In this document: piece after piece, positions 1-9,587 of the stretch
Layout: each line of letters opens with the position of its first letter
Position numbering within the stretch: position 1 is the stretch's first letter
Assembly: GCA_964419615.1 (NCBI GenBank)
Contig: CAYQPU010000008.1
Span: 996 to 49,760 of the forward strand
DNA from: an uncultured Methanosarcinales archaeon
GTDB lineage: Archaea > Nanobdellota > Nanobdellia > Woesearchaeales > JAGVZT01
DNA length: 48,765 nucleotides
Direction: 5' to 3'
Translations under genes and position numbers: made by a program
Notes under the pieces: generated by a model
Told to the model about the DNA's origin: nothing
Databases searched by the model: none
Seen by the model: only the letters and a program-made list of their open reading frames with translations

Positions 1-496
1 CAAACAAGAGTAGTTCATCATATTCTTTATTATATGTGTCAATATCTTCCTTATAATTGGATAGATATTTTGGGCCAACCAATATTTTAATTTGTTTTTT
101 GGAATATGAAGGAAGATCAATTGTTTGTCTTGAATTTCGGTAACCATATGTTGCATCATTAAAAATCGGAATGTCTGAGTTTTCCAGGTAGATTCCCTCA
201 CTGTATTTTGGCTGCAAAGTTTCAATTTCCTTAATTCCATCTTTGTCATAAAGACATAGTATAACCATTGGAATTTCATATTTTCTGGACAAACCAAAAT
301 TGTTTTCCATAGTTATTGTTTGGACAGCTGTAATGTTCCTTGTATCGTCTCTATCCCACACATACAAAGCACTAGGTTTAATTCCTTCAACTGTTTCAGT
401 GTATTTGTTAAATCCAATATTTGATGTACTTAGTATTATCAAAATTAGAATTAGTGCAGATGGTAAACCAATTCCTAAAGCTAATTTAAGATTCAT
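1..496 (-). CDS. Hypothetical membrane-anchored protein, partial (runs off left edge)
   Basis: Manual translation from ATG 496: MNLKLALGIGLPSALILILIILSTSNIGFNKYTE..., open to base 1; N-terminal hydrophobic segment; not in ORF track. Confidence 0.8.
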   Translation of the reverse strand, partial: MNLKLALGIGLPSALILILIILSTSNIGFNKYTETVEGIKPSALYVWDRDDTRNITAVQTITMENNFGLSRKYEIPMVILCLYDKDGIKEIETLQPKYSEGIYLENSDIPIFNDATYGYRNSRQTIDLPSYSKKQIKILVGPKYLSNYKEDIDTYNKEYDELLLF

Positions 497-500
497 GGTA

Positions 501-752
501 TTATTTTTTGAATTTTTTAGAAAGGTAAAGACCAAGTCCAATCATAACTCCTGCAGAAAATGCCAATAGCAAGAGAATCCAGTTTTTTGATAGGTCAAAT
601 ACATCCATAACAAATCCTATTGTAAAGATGTACAAAGAGACTGAAACCAGGTACATAATTGGATGCCATTTTTTTTTCACTGCATATAGAATTATTGACG
701 TAATTAATCCTATCCAAAAGACCGTGTGCCCCAAAAAAGGATACCATGCCAT
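501..752 (-). CDS. Small multi-pass membrane protein (83 aa)
   Basis: Track ORF 501-785; ATG 752 preferred because it abuts the stop of the upstream 754-933 ORF; three hydrophobic segments. Confidence 0.75.
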   Translation of the reverse strand: MAWYPFLGHTVFWIGLITSIILYAVKKKWHPIMYLVSVSLYIFTIGFVMDVFDLSKNWILLLLAFSAGVMIGLGLYLSKKFKK

Positions 753-753
753 T

Positions 754-933
754 TTATAGATCCCTCTCCCCCATAAAGTCTGCAATAAAAAAGAATATTG
801 TAGTTAAACAGACAAGTATGATTGTTTTAACAACATCAGATAAACTAAACAAGTATTCATATGCAAAGTAAGCAACTGTAGCAAAAATAAAGATTATACC
901 AATAATGTAAAAGATATATTGTGCTTTTACCAT
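754..933 (-). CDS. Small two-TM membrane protein (59 aa)
   Basis: Manual translation MVKAQYIFYIIGIIFIFATVAYFAYEYLFSLSDVVKTIILVCLTTIFFFIADFMGERDL*; fills the gap between co-oriented genes; below track length cutoff. Confidence 0.75.
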   Translation of the reverse strand: MVKAQYIFYIIGIIFIFATVAYFAYEYLFSLSDVVKTIILVCLTTIFFFIADFMGERDL

Positions 934-1013
934 TAGATTGTTTTTTGATTGTTATGTATATAAATTTTTCCATACTAGAAAATAGTATGAAGTTCTCAAA
1001 TATTGGAAAATAA

Positions 1014-1826
1014 TCAAATCAAAGGAATCTTTCCACCATACATTGCATGGAATTTGCTTCCTGTGTATTCTAATGTGAACACATCATGATTACACTTGGT
1101 TCCTCTCATTTTAACTATAGCAATTTCTCTTGTTACTTTTCTTTGTCTTCTTGCTAAGTCCAAGCTAACAATACCATCTGCTAAGAAGTCCTCTACACCA
1201 TATTCACTGTACGAGTCTTTTGTTAATGGCATTTCTGATATTAAGAATGATGTTATTTCAAGGTCTCTTAAGAATTCAAATAATTGGAATAGTTTGGTTC
1301 TAGCTTGTTGAAAGTCTGCTAGCACATATAATGCGGATAAAGAGTCTAGGCAGAAATTATGACATTTTCCAAGATCTTTTGATTTTTTAATAATGTTTTT
1401 GATCATGTTCATCCAGTCTTTGCCAGTACTAATCTGCATTGCGCTTACTTGTTTTCTGATTGTACCTAGATCAATTATAAGGATTCCTCCTTTTCCAGAT
1501 TCTACACTTGAAACTGCTTCAGTAATTTTTGAGATATCTGAAAGAATCATAATGTTTATTTCATCAAGGTTATAGTTCATATTTACAAAGTGGTTTAATA
1601 GTGAAGCATAGGATTGCTCTAGTGAAAGGTATACTCCGATTTTTCCTTTTTTGGCCTCATTATAGAGTATGTTAAATACAACTGAGGATTTCATTGTACC
1701 TGCAACTCCAGTTACTAAAACTATGTGGCCTTGTGGGATTCCTCCTTCCATATGCTCATCTAATCCATCGATGTACATACTTACTCTTTCAATTTGATCT
1801 TTGTTTTTGAATATTTCACGTGTCAT
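1014..1826 (-). CDS. KaiC-like/RAD55-family RecA-fold ATPase (single domain)
   Basis: N-terminal GLDEHMEGGIP, variant Walker A GVAGTMKSS, Walker B region FCLDS, C-terminal IVKMRGT motif. Confidence 0.88.
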   Translation of the reverse strand: MTREIFKNKDQIERVSMYIDGLDEHMEGGIPQGHIVLVTGVAGTMKSSVVFNILYNEAKKGKIGVYLSLEQSYASLLNHFVNMNYNLDEINIMILSDISKITEAVSSVESGKGGILIIDLGTIRKQVSAMQISTGKDWMNMIKNIIKKSKDLGKCHNFCLDSLSALYVLADFQQARTKLFQLFEFLRDLEITSFLISEMPLTKDSYSEYGVEDFLADGIVSLDLARRQRKVTREIAIVKMRGTKCNHDVFTLEYTGSKFHAMYGGKIPLI

Positions 1827-1853
1827 TTTTACCCTCTAAATCATTATACAATA

Positions 1854-3116
1854 TTAATCCTCGTGTGAGAACATTTTTAGTTTGCCTCTTTTTGTTCCCA
1901 CAACAATGTGTTTTTTCCCATTTGATTCAATACAAGTTGATCCTACTATAAAACTTCCTGTATTGTATAGCCATATCTTTTTACCATGATATTGTCCTGG
2001 TTGTGACGTGATTATATCAGCATCATGACCTGGTTGCTGAGCTATTCCTGAAATACCTGGCATATAATTAAGTACAAAGGTGCCTTCTGCATCTAAAACA
2101 TATAAAGAGTGATCATAGCTTCCAACAATTACTTCGGGTGTACCATCATTGTCAATATCTTCTACAAATGGACTTGCTACAACCCAAAAGTCTGTTTCAT
2201 AGCTCCACAGTTTTTCGCCATTACAGGACAAAGCATATACGCTATTATCACATGAACCAAATATAATTTCTTGCTTGCCATCTTTGTTAATGTCTGCTAA
2301 GCAAGGTTTTGAGAATATTGAACCATTTGTTGCAAATTTCCATATTAGATGGCCTTGTTCGTTTAGAGCGTAGATTGAATTATCAAGAGAAGTGATTATA
2401 ATTTCAGGTTTACCATCCTTGTTTGTATCTGCTATTACTGGTTGAGATTTTATTGGACCATTTGTTTTAAATTTCCATCTTAAAGTGCTGTCTGCATTTA
2501 AACAAAAGACTGTGCCATCATCACAACCAAAGACTATTGCATTTTTTTCTAGTTTTAATAAGGCAGGGTCAGATTCAATTGGAGATCCTGCTAAAAATTT
2601 CCATAATAATTTTCCAGCACTGCTAAGGGCATATAAATGATGATCATTACAGCCAAATACAACTTCATTTTCTTTGTTATTGTTAATATCAACTATGAGT
2701 GCTGAGCTTCTTATTGGACCACTCACTTTGTAGTCCCACAATAGTTTACCTTTGTGATCTAAGACATGTAATATTCCCATATCTGAACCAACTATCACTT
2801 CTTTTTTTCCATTACCATTGACATCTGCTATTGTTGGTGCTGATCTTATGCTTTTGACTGTCTCCTCATCTAGAAATAATAATTCTACTTCAGATCTTTT
2901 TTCTTGCAAGTCAAACAGCCATTTTACTTTGGATTTGTCATCAACAGTGTAAACTTTGCCATCTTTTGTTCCAAAGATGATAACGTTTTTTCCTTCTCCA
3001 AGATCTGCAGAAACAGGTGTAGTTAATAGTGGTGAGTCTGCTTGAAACTCCCATCTCTTCTTTATCTGTCCTCTTTTTTTCCCAGATAATTTCTTTATTA
3101 CCTTACCAAACACCAT
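1854..3116 (-). CDS. Beta-propeller protein with PQQ-like and FG-GAP-like repeats
   Basis: Repeated ADxNxDGxxEIIxGSxDxxxYxL and GKLLWKF/Y units; no obvious signal peptide. Confidence 0.85.
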   Translation of the reverse strand: MVFGKVIKKLSGKKRGQIKKRWEFQADSPLLTTPVSADLGEGKNVIIFGTKDGKVYTVDDKSKVKWLFDLQEKRSEVELLFLDEETVKSIRSAPTIADVNGNGKKEVIVGSDMGILHVLDHKGKLLWDYKVSGPIRSSALIVDINNNKENEVVFGCNDHHLYALSSAGKLLWKFLAGSPIESDPALLKLEKNAIVFGCDDGTVFCLNADSTLRWKFKTNGPIKSQPVIADTNKDGKPEIIITSLDNSIYALNEQGHLIWKFATNGSIFSKPCLADINKDGKQEIIFGSCDNSVYALSCNGEKLWSYETDFWVVASPFVEDIDNDGTPEVIVGSYDHSLYVLDAEGTFVLNYMPGISGIAQQPGHDADIITSQPGQYHGKKIWLYNTGSFIVGSTCIESNGKKHIVVGTKRGKLKMFSHED

Positions 3117-3144
3117 CTAGATTAGATACTTTATATTTGGAGGA

Positions 3145-3160
3145 TATATAAAAGTTTCGG
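3145..3160 (-). promoter_or_regulatory. Archaeal BRE + TATA promoter
   Basis: Minus strand CCGAAA-C-TTTTATATA ending about 29 nt upstream of ATG 3116. Confidence 0.65.
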
Positions 3161-3179
3161 TGAGAAATAGAGTTAATGA

Positions 3180-4829
3180 TTAGTCCAAGTAACCTTGTTG
3201 TTCTAGATGATTTTGAACATCTTGGTCTGTAAATCCTATTTTTTCAGCTACTCTTGTTGCATGACTTGTTAAGGATATTCCTGGTTTCCATTGATAGGTT
3301 GGTTCATCATCATAATCAAATTGGATGAATTGACCTTGTCCCTTAGCTTGCAGATGTTTCAATAGTTTATGATTATGAGTTACAAAAAGTGTGTTGTTAC
3401 CTATTGCATGAAAACCGTTTAGTACATATGTTGAGATTGCTATTTCTTCTTCTATTGTGGTTCCTGACGCAAGGGTGTTTAATACAACTAAGCTTTTTGG
3501 AGTTGTGTTTTCAAAGATGTACTTAGTCCTTGATAAGTTTTCACCAAAGTCTCCTTCTTTGTTTTGTAATTCATCTGGCACATAGTATTGATAGCCCATT
3601 TTGTCAGCAATGTTTATTCTTGCCCAGCGTGCAAGTACATAATTGCCTGTTTGTCCTTTTATTTGTTCTTGGAAAACACTTTTGCATAAAGTAGTTTTAC
3701 CTCCACTATTTGGGCCAGAAATTGAAGTTAATCTTGAGTCACTTAAACTGATGTTATTTCCAACAAAATTAGGATCTTCTTTTGCTAGGATTGGATTTTT
3801 TAGATCAGTGGCTTCAAAGTGATGATAAGGGTCATCAGTTATTTCTGGAATTGTTACCTCATGAGGAACTGCTTTACCATATTTGTAGAATGATAAGAGT
3901 TCATCGATTTTACCAACTGCATCTGTTGCATAAAGAAAAGATGGGTCATTTACTGCCATATCTCTAAGTGGCATAATTGCAGAAATCATGTCAATAGCAG
4001 GTTTTCCAACAGTAAAATACATTACTCCTAACATCATATTCATTACAACCAAGGGGGCTAATTGTTCTAATTGTGGTCCACGTTCTATCAGACCTTTTTC
4101 TAATCCAACAAACAATCCAATTATTGGTAAGAGCGGGACTAGTGTATCAAGTGAGAATCTCGATGGTCTGAGTTTCCATTTTGGGGTATATAATTTCACC
4201 TCTCTTTTTGGTTTTAAATCCTGGAAAGTTCTGAATAATGGTCCACTCATCATGGAATATAATGATGTTTCTTCAAATGAATCTGTACTTGCTAATAGTA
4301 ATCTTAAATATTCTGACTCTGGAATGGGTATTGCTTTGGCTGCTTTTGAGATATTAGTCCCTGCTTTTACTGCTTTTTTAAAATCCCAGTATGGAAACGC
4401 TTTATCAATCTTACCATTTAGAAACCTAAAAAGTACTTTTTCTCGATCTGCAAACTCTCCAATATAATCATCGAGTGCTTGTCGTAAATTATCGTCTGCT
4501 TCAATTTCCATGAGTGATTCTTGTTTGGCATGAATCAGTTCAAGAGATGTAGGTGGTTGCATTAGTGATCTATACAAAACTGCAGAACCAATTGCTGTAT
4601 CAGTGTGATCAATAGATTCATGTAAATCACTCACTTGAATTAGTCGTAATGTTTCCTTATCAATTATTGTTTCAGGTAATATATTGAAAAAAAGTTCTTT
4701 TCTAAACAAATAAGAATCGATAATTGATTTTTGATCTTTTGTATAATGATCTTCAAGTTTATGTACTTGTTCATTAGCAAATACAATTGGTATTTGACTT
4801 ACTATTGCCAGTTCAGCTAATGATTTCAT
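3180..4829 (-). CDS. MutS-related protein (MutS domain V ATPase-like, with hydrophobic mid-segment)
   Basis: Walker A SGPNSGGKTT, LKNPIL motif, FVTHNHKL, GISLTSHATRVAEKIG C-terminal MutS signature; Walker B degenerate (VVLNTLASGT). Confidence 0.8.
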   Translation of the reverse strand: MKSLAELAIVSQIPIVFANEQVHKLEDHYTKDQKSIIDSYLFRKELFFNILPETIIDKETLRLIQVSDLHESIDHTDTAIGSAVLYRSLMQPPTSLELIHAKQESLMEIEADDNLRQALDDYIGEFADREKVLFRFLNGKIDKAFPYWDFKKAVKAGTNISKAAKAIPIPESEYLRLLLASTDSFEETSLYSMMSGPLFRTFQDLKPKREVKLYTPKWKLRPSRFSLDTLVPLLPIIGLFVGLEKGLIERGPQLEQLAPLVVMNMMLGVMYFTVGKPAIDMISAIMPLRDMAVNDPSFLYATDAVGKIDELLSFYKYGKAVPHEVTIPEITDDPYHHFEATDLKNPILAKEDPNFVGNNISLSDSRLTSISGPNSGGKTTLCKSVFQEQIKGQTGNYVLARWARINIADKMGYQYYVPDELQNKEGDFGENLSRTKYIFENTTPKSLVVLNTLASGTTIEEEIAISTYVLNGFHAIGNNTLFVTHNHKLLKHLQAKGQGQFIQFDYDDEPTYQWKPGISLTSHATRVAEKIGFTDQDVQNHLEQQGYLD

Positions 4830-4980
4830 ATATACAGGAAACTAAGATTTATATTTAAATATTGTCCAATCATGACTACTTTTTAATAGATACATTGAAT
4901 TAATAACTTAAATTGAATATTTAATTATATTATTTAGGTCAGCGATAGATTTATATATATTTCATACTAGATTTTACTTA

Positions 4981-6402
4981 ATGGATGGTCTGGAAAAAGA
5001 GGTTGAGCAGTGGGTAGACTCTGGAGTTAGCTTTGAAGTGATTGAACAAAGACTAACTGAAAGAGGTGTTCTTGAAGAGGATGCTGATAAGGTCCTTGGA
5101 AAGTTGATGAAAAAGATCAAGACCAAAAAAAAGCCAGATCACACAAAGGCTTTGTTTTACAAAGAATTTTTTGACAGGATTGCCTATGGTATGGGAAGTC
5201 AACAGTTTGTGAATGTTTTGTTTATGTTATCTGGTGCCTCTTATTTTCTTATTGGTTTGATTTCAGGAATAAGAGAAATTATTGGATCTTTTTTAGGGTC
5301 ATATCTTAATCATTACTCAGCCAAGCATTGGGTGAGCAGGAAGATTATTGGTCTTACTGGAATCTTGTTTGGTTTTTGTTTTGTTCTAATGGGTCTTGCT
5401 CGATTTTATAAGTCGGTTTGGCTTTTTGTGTTTGCTTTAATTGCTGCAACTATTGGTGTTGTTAGTCATGGGGAATTTTATTCCCGGCTGCAAAAAAGAA
5501 TTCCAAAAGAGCAAGGTTGGGCCAAACACATGTACAAACACGGAATTATTATTACTGCTTTAAGTTTGCTTGCTGGGGCTGTGATTTTGGACAAATTCAG
5601 ATTCCTGGCTGTTTCAGGTTATATTATTAACAGTTACATGATTGTTTTTGGAATTGCTGCTTTGTGTTTTATTATTTCAGGTGTTGTGATCTCATCATTT
5701 AATGAAAAACGTCTTGATCCTGAACAGCACCCAGATGAATTTGGGCATTACTTTAAGACAATAAAGGTAAATGCAAAAGCAATATTTCAAAACAAGCTGG
5801 TTGTTTTGTTGGTGATTGCTGCAACTATTTCAGGGTTTGTGCAGGTTCTTGGTAATTCGTTTTATGGTGTGTTTATTTTTGAGAAGTTTTTAAATACCGG
5901 ATTTGGGAGTTTTACAAATATTGCTGTTGTGTTTGTTTTAAGTTTAATGGGATCTATGTTAACTCCGATAATTATAAAGCACAATACTAAGGAGTCTGGC
6001 AAATTCCCAATGTTAATTTTTGGGACTATGCTTATGGCTATTATGCCTTTAACATATTATTATAATCCAAATTTACTTTCAATTGGTTTGGGAACTATTT
6101 TGGGAGTTATTGGATCTGCTATTGTTGGTATTGCTCAAGGTTTGCTTGCTGGAGAGATTATTCATCATGAATTAAGAGAGAGTTATTTTAGAATGCACAG
6201 TTTGATTACAGTTATCCCTTATTTAATTACCATACCACTTGGTGCTTATTTTGCACAAAATTATGGTCTTGGAAAGCTGTTTTTGGTTTTAGGTTTATTG
6301 CTTGTTGGATTTGTTGTCCCACTTTATTTTATTGTGATGGTTATTTTTGAGAGGAAAAATATTAAGAGGCAAAATACACAGAATGCTACGCAAGTTTTAT
6401 AA
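4981..6402 (+). CDS. Major facilitator superfamily transporter
   Basis: About 12 hydrophobic segments in two halves after a soluble N-terminal extension. Confidence 0.8.
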   Translation: MDGLEKEVEQWVDSGVSFEVIEQRLTERGVLEEDADKVLGKLMKKIKTKKKPDHTKALFYKEFFDRIAYGMGSQQFVNVLFMLSGASYFLIGLISGIREIIGSFLGSYLNHYSAKHWVSRKIIGLTGILFGFCFVLMGLARFYKSVWLFVFALIAATIGVVSHGEFYSRLQKRIPKEQGWAKHMYKHGIIITALSLLAGAVILDKFRFLAVSGYIINSYMIVFGIAALCFIISGVVISSFNEKRLDPEQHPDEFGHYFKTIKVNAKAIFQNKLVVLLVIAATISGFVQVLGNSFYGVFIFEKFLNTGFGSFTNIAVVFVLSLMGSMLTPIIIKHNTKESGKFPMLIFGTMLMAIMPLTYYYNPNLLSIGLGTILGVIGSAIVGIAQGLLAGEIIHHELRESYFRMHSLITVIPYLITIPLGAYFAQNYGLGKLFLVLGLLLVGFVVPLYFIVMVIFERKNIKRQNTQNATQVL

Positions 6403-6427
6403 AAACATGGATGTTGGCAAAAAGAGT

Positions 6428-6898
6428 ATGAATAAGAAAGGTATGTCTCCAATAATTGCAACTATATTGCTGATTGCATTTGCTGTTGCTCTTGGAGCTG
6501 TTGTTATGAATCTTGGTAGGTCAGTTAGTTCTGGTTCTGAGTGCGGGGTTTTTCTTGACCTGGAGATTGTTGAAGTTGATGGTTTGCCTAAAGCCTGCTT
6601 TAATGATAATGGTGGTAATTCTCATATTGAGGTTTTACTAAAGAATGGAGTTAATGCTGATATTGATGATCTTCATGTGTCTGTGATTGGAAAGCAGAAT
6701 ATTTACAACAAGGAAGGATTATTAAAAGAGAAATTGGGTAAAGCAGATGCAAAAAAGGTTTTGATTCTTTATGACAAGATTCTTTATGGAGAGATAGATC
6801 AAGTTATGATTACTCCTTTGATTAATAAAGAAGGTGAATTAGTCATGTGTAAGAGTAGTCGAGTGAAGCTTGAGGAGTTGGTTGCTTGTCAGGGTTAA
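6428..6898 (+). CDS. Archaeal pilin/archaellin-like protein with class III signal peptide
   Basis: MNKKG|MSPIIATILLIAFAVALGAVV N-terminus; track start 6347 overlaps the MFS gene, so ATG 6428 (or 6407) is preferred. Confidence 0.85.
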   Translation: MNKKGMSPIIATILLIAFAVALGAVVMNLGRSVSSGSECGVFLDLEIVEVDGLPKACFNDNGGNSHIEVLLKNGVNADIDDLHVSVIGKQNIYNKEGLLKEKLGKADAKKVLILYDKILYGEIDQVMITPLINKEGELVMCKSSRVKLEELVACQG

Positions 6899-6905
6899 TA
6901 TTGAC

Positions 6906-7580
6906 CTACATCTCTTGAAGATAAGATCTGTGATTTCCACCAAATAATTCAAATTTAATATCTTCATGAATAGGTTTTCTATACTTTAGTGATGCTTCTG
7001 AATTTATATGTGGAGTTAGATTAGATCTTCCACTTGGAACAACAATTGGCCTTCCTGGATCTAAATTGACAGCCTGACTTGAAAAATATTTGTCAGCCAT
7101 ATAAATCGGCCATCCTGAGTTTTCATCAGGGATCCCATCAATTTCATCAAGTACATTTCCTTTTCCTGATAAGTTTAATTGTAAAGAAAGATTGTGCCAT
7201 GCCTCAACTCCTTCTGGAGTCAATCCTTGAGCCAAATTGTAACACATTTGCACAGATGAAAAATTAACATCAAGTAACTCTATTAATTGGTAAACATTAT
7301 CTTCACTTTCTCTTATACAATAGACTCTACTTATTGTATCATCTTCATTCATGAATGCAGCAACCCAAGCTTCACCTTGAGGAATTCCATGTTCACTAAT
7401 TGCAGACAATCTAATATTTCCCACTGGAAGATTATCAATAAAATCGCTAAATACTGCATTAGGATTAATTTCATATTGCTCTTGAAAAAAATCAAATAGT
7501 GTTTGACTTGCATAAGCTTGTCGAGCTGCCCATATCTCATCTTTTTGCTCCTCATTTAATTCATCAAATTGGTCCTTCAA
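6906..7580 (-). CDS. Hypothetical protein (possibly the 3' part of a frameshifted gene)
   Basis: 224-aa ORF with TTG start; its frame is open upstream into the 7606-7920 ORF. Confidence 0.6.
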   Translation of the reverse strand: MKDQFDELNEEQKDEIWAARQAYASQTLFDFFQEQYEINPNAVFSDFIDNLPVGNIRLSAISEHGIPQGEAWVAAFMNEDDTISRVYCIRESEDNVYQLIELLDVNFSSVQMCYNLAQGLTPEGVEAWHNLSLQLNLSGKGNVLDEIDGIPDENSGWPIYMADKYFSSQAVNLDPGRPIVVPSGRSNLTPHINSEASLKYRKPIHEDIKFELFGGNHRSYLQEM

Positions 7581-7605
7581 CTCAGATGGATATGCTGAGC
7601 TGAAA

Positions 7606-7920
7606 TTAGTTATTGGTGGTAATCTGGTTTGATTCTAAGGGAAAATAAGCAAAAATGGGTGAGATAACAGGTTTTTCATTTGCCCAAGCATCTTGTAAAT
7701 CAGACTCAGTAAAAGTGGTGTCTGCATGCTTTGCTGCCCTATCTGCAAAATATCCACTGAAATTTCCTTCTTGCCTTCTTAGAATTCTATCTAGTTTATC
7801 AATAACATTTGCTTTTAGCATAGAAAATGGACCGTATTCTTGAATTGTTTCAATATCAACTAAATTTACATAATCATCAACAATTTGCCTATCTATTGCC
7901 TTTATTTGATCTACAACCAT
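7606..7920 (-). CDS. Hypothetical protein
   Basis: 104 aa, GGTGA-type SD just upstream, BRE/TATA-like CCGAAA-CA-TTTAAATA at about 7989-8004. Confidence 0.65.
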   Translation of the reverse strand: MVVDQIKAIDRQIVDDYVNLVDIETIQEYGPFSMLKANVIDKLDRILRRQEGNFSGYFADRAAKHADTTFTESDLQDAWANEKPVISPIFAYFPLESNQITTNN

Positions 7921-8111
7921 TTAATCACCTGGTTCATCATTATTATTGAATATTAATATATTATATTTATATTTGGTAAAAGATCATATATTTAAATGTT
8001 TCGGTTTTTTGTCATTTAATAATGGTAACAAAGTAGTTAATTATATATGAATAAAGATATGTGCGTTTAATACAAGCAAGATTTATAAACAACTACTTCT
8101 TAACGAGCATA

Positions 8112-8663
8112 ATGGCAATTGGCTTTGTTAATAGTACTAGAAAGGTGCTTTCAGAGGTTTATACTAATGTTATTCTGGCATTTATTATTTTGCTTGGAGG
8201 GATTATCCTTGCTAAGATTGTTGGTAGATTGATTGAGAAAGTATTAAAGGAAATTGAGCTTAACAAGTTTCTTAAGAAGACTACTAGTATTAAGATTTCT
8301 ATTGAGGAGTTAATTGCAAATATTGTTACTTATTTATTGTATTTTATTGCTATTATTGCTGCACTTGATCAGCTTGGAATTGCAACCACAATATTGTATT
8401 TTATTTCATTAGGGATTATTATAATTATTGTTGCATCTATTTTGCTTGGCCTAAGAGACTTATTCCCAAATATTATTGCAGGGATTCACCTTTATCAAAA
8501 AAGAGTTTTAAAAGAGGGAGATAACTTAAAAGTAGGAGATGTTAAGGGAAAAGTGGTGAAAGTTAGCTTAACTGAGATCAGAATCAAGACTAAAAAAGAT
8601 GATATTATTTATTTACCAAATTCAATTCTTATTAAACAAAAAGTTACAAAACTTAAGAAATAA
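8112..8663 (+). CDS. mscS: Small-conductance mechanosensitive channel (MscS family)
   Basis: Three TM helices followed by NIIAG...GDNLKVGDVKGKVVKVSLTEIRIKT...IYLPNS beta-domain motif; ATG 8112 preferred over track GTG 8061. Confidence 0.85.
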   Translation: MAIGFVNSTRKVLSEVYTNVILAFIILLGGIILAKIVGRLIEKVLKEIELNKFLKKTTSIKISIEELIANIVTYLLYFIAIIAALDQLGIATTILYFISLGIIIIIVASILLGLRDLFPNIIAGIHLYQKRVLKEGDNLKVGDVKGKVVKVSLTEIRIKTKKDDIIYLPNSILIKQKVTKLKK

Positions 8664-8669
8664 TTAAGA

Positions 8670-8915
8670 TTACAAACTTTCAAGCATTGAGACTATATTC
8701 CAGATTTGAGCACGAGTGTAGGCTTGCATGTTGTTGTCGCTTCCAAGCTCATCCATTTCTTGAAGGGCCTTGTCAACTATTAATTCTTTTTCATCTCCAG
8801 ATTTTAAGATCTCTGAAATAACTGCTAATCTTGCCTTGACATTTTTTGGAACAGTTGTATCCTCTGCAAGTTCTTCAAGTACTTCTATAATTTCATCAAT
8901 GTTTTCTTCACTCAT
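8670..8915 (-). CDS. UPF0147 family protein
   Basis: DTTVPKNVK and DNNMQAYTRAQIWNIVSMLESL motifs. Confidence 0.9.
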   Translation of the reverse strand: MSEENIDEIIEVLEELAEDTTVPKNVKARLAVISEILKSGDEKELIVDKALQEMDELGSDNNMQAYTRAQIWNIVSMLESL

Positions 8916-9238
8916 TTTTTCTCTATTTTCTCTAAAACTTCCTTTTGAAGAGAAGCAGCTTTTTCCTTAAATTTACTTTCTTGTTTTTCTAGTGAATCAA
9001 TACGAAGCTCAAGCATTTCTTTTCTTTCATCCAATTCTTTTTTAAGTTGTTTTGGATCGCTTTTTATCATTATATTAGAAACAATCTTGAATGTTTCATC
9101 TGAATTTGCAATTTCTTTTAAAGCAGATTCAACTTCTGTTAATTGAACTTGAAATGATTGTTTTTGAACTGTTGTGTTTTGCATGTTTTGTTCTAATAGT
9201 CCAAGTTGTTGAATTTTTTGTTCAGTTTCTTTATCCAT
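8912..9238 (-). CDS. pfdB: Prefoldin subunit beta
   Basis: Coiled-coil ends around the FKIVSNIMIK hairpin; conserved position after pcc1. Confidence 0.92.
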   Translation of the reverse strand: MDKETEQKIQQLGLLEQNMQNTTVQKQSFQVQLTEVESALKEIANSDETFKIVSNIMIKSDPKQLKKELDERKEMLELRIDSLEKQESKFKEKAASLQKEVLEKIEKK

Positions 9239-9452
9239 TTTTAATACTCTCGTATACTTTTAGTAGTTGACATATTGAGTCAATTGTTGCTCTTAAGGCA
9301 ACAGCGTCCTTAGCTTTGATTAGGATATTTGTGCTTGACTCTTCTTTATTGATTTTTATTGTGGATCTATCCTTGGTAAAACGTGTTATTTCTGGTTCAA
9401 TTACATCAAACACTTTGGGATCAGTAATTGATAATGTAAGCTCATATTTCAT
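9231..9452 (-). CDS. pcc1: KEOPS complex subunit Pcc1
   Basis: IEPE...DRS...IKAKDAVALRATIDS motif; located between rpoP and pfdB. Confidence 0.88.
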   Translation of the reverse strand: MKYELTLSITDPKVFDVIEPEITRFTKDRSTIKINKEESSTNILIKAKDAVALRATIDSICQLLKVYESIKNG

Positions 9453-9586
9453 ATTGCTTCAACTAATGTTGGAGTTTTCCGCTCCTTAAATAACATTTTT
9501 GATCCACAATATGGACACCGGATTCTTTTTCTAAGTGTATCTGAAACAATTTTCTTGTTACATGAAAAACATTTGTAGCTTACCAA
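9449..9586 (-). CDS. rpoP: DNA-directed RNA polymerase subunit P (Rpo12)
   Basis: Manual translation from TTG 9586: MVSYKCFSCNKKIVSDTLRKRIRCPYCGSKMLFKERKTPTLVEAI*; zinc ribbon CxxC..CPxCG; TGA overlaps the pcc1 ATG; not in track. Confidence 0.93.
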   Translation of the reverse strand: MVSYKCFSCNKKIVSDTLRKRIRCPYCGSKMLFKERKTPTLVEAI

Positions 9587-9587
9587 T

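Noticed and set aside
8912-9586. Genome-wide UGA reassignment to explain the in-frame TGAs
   Set aside because: Core genes rpoP and pfdB end in TGA at the expected length, overlapping the next ATG, so TGA is a normal stop
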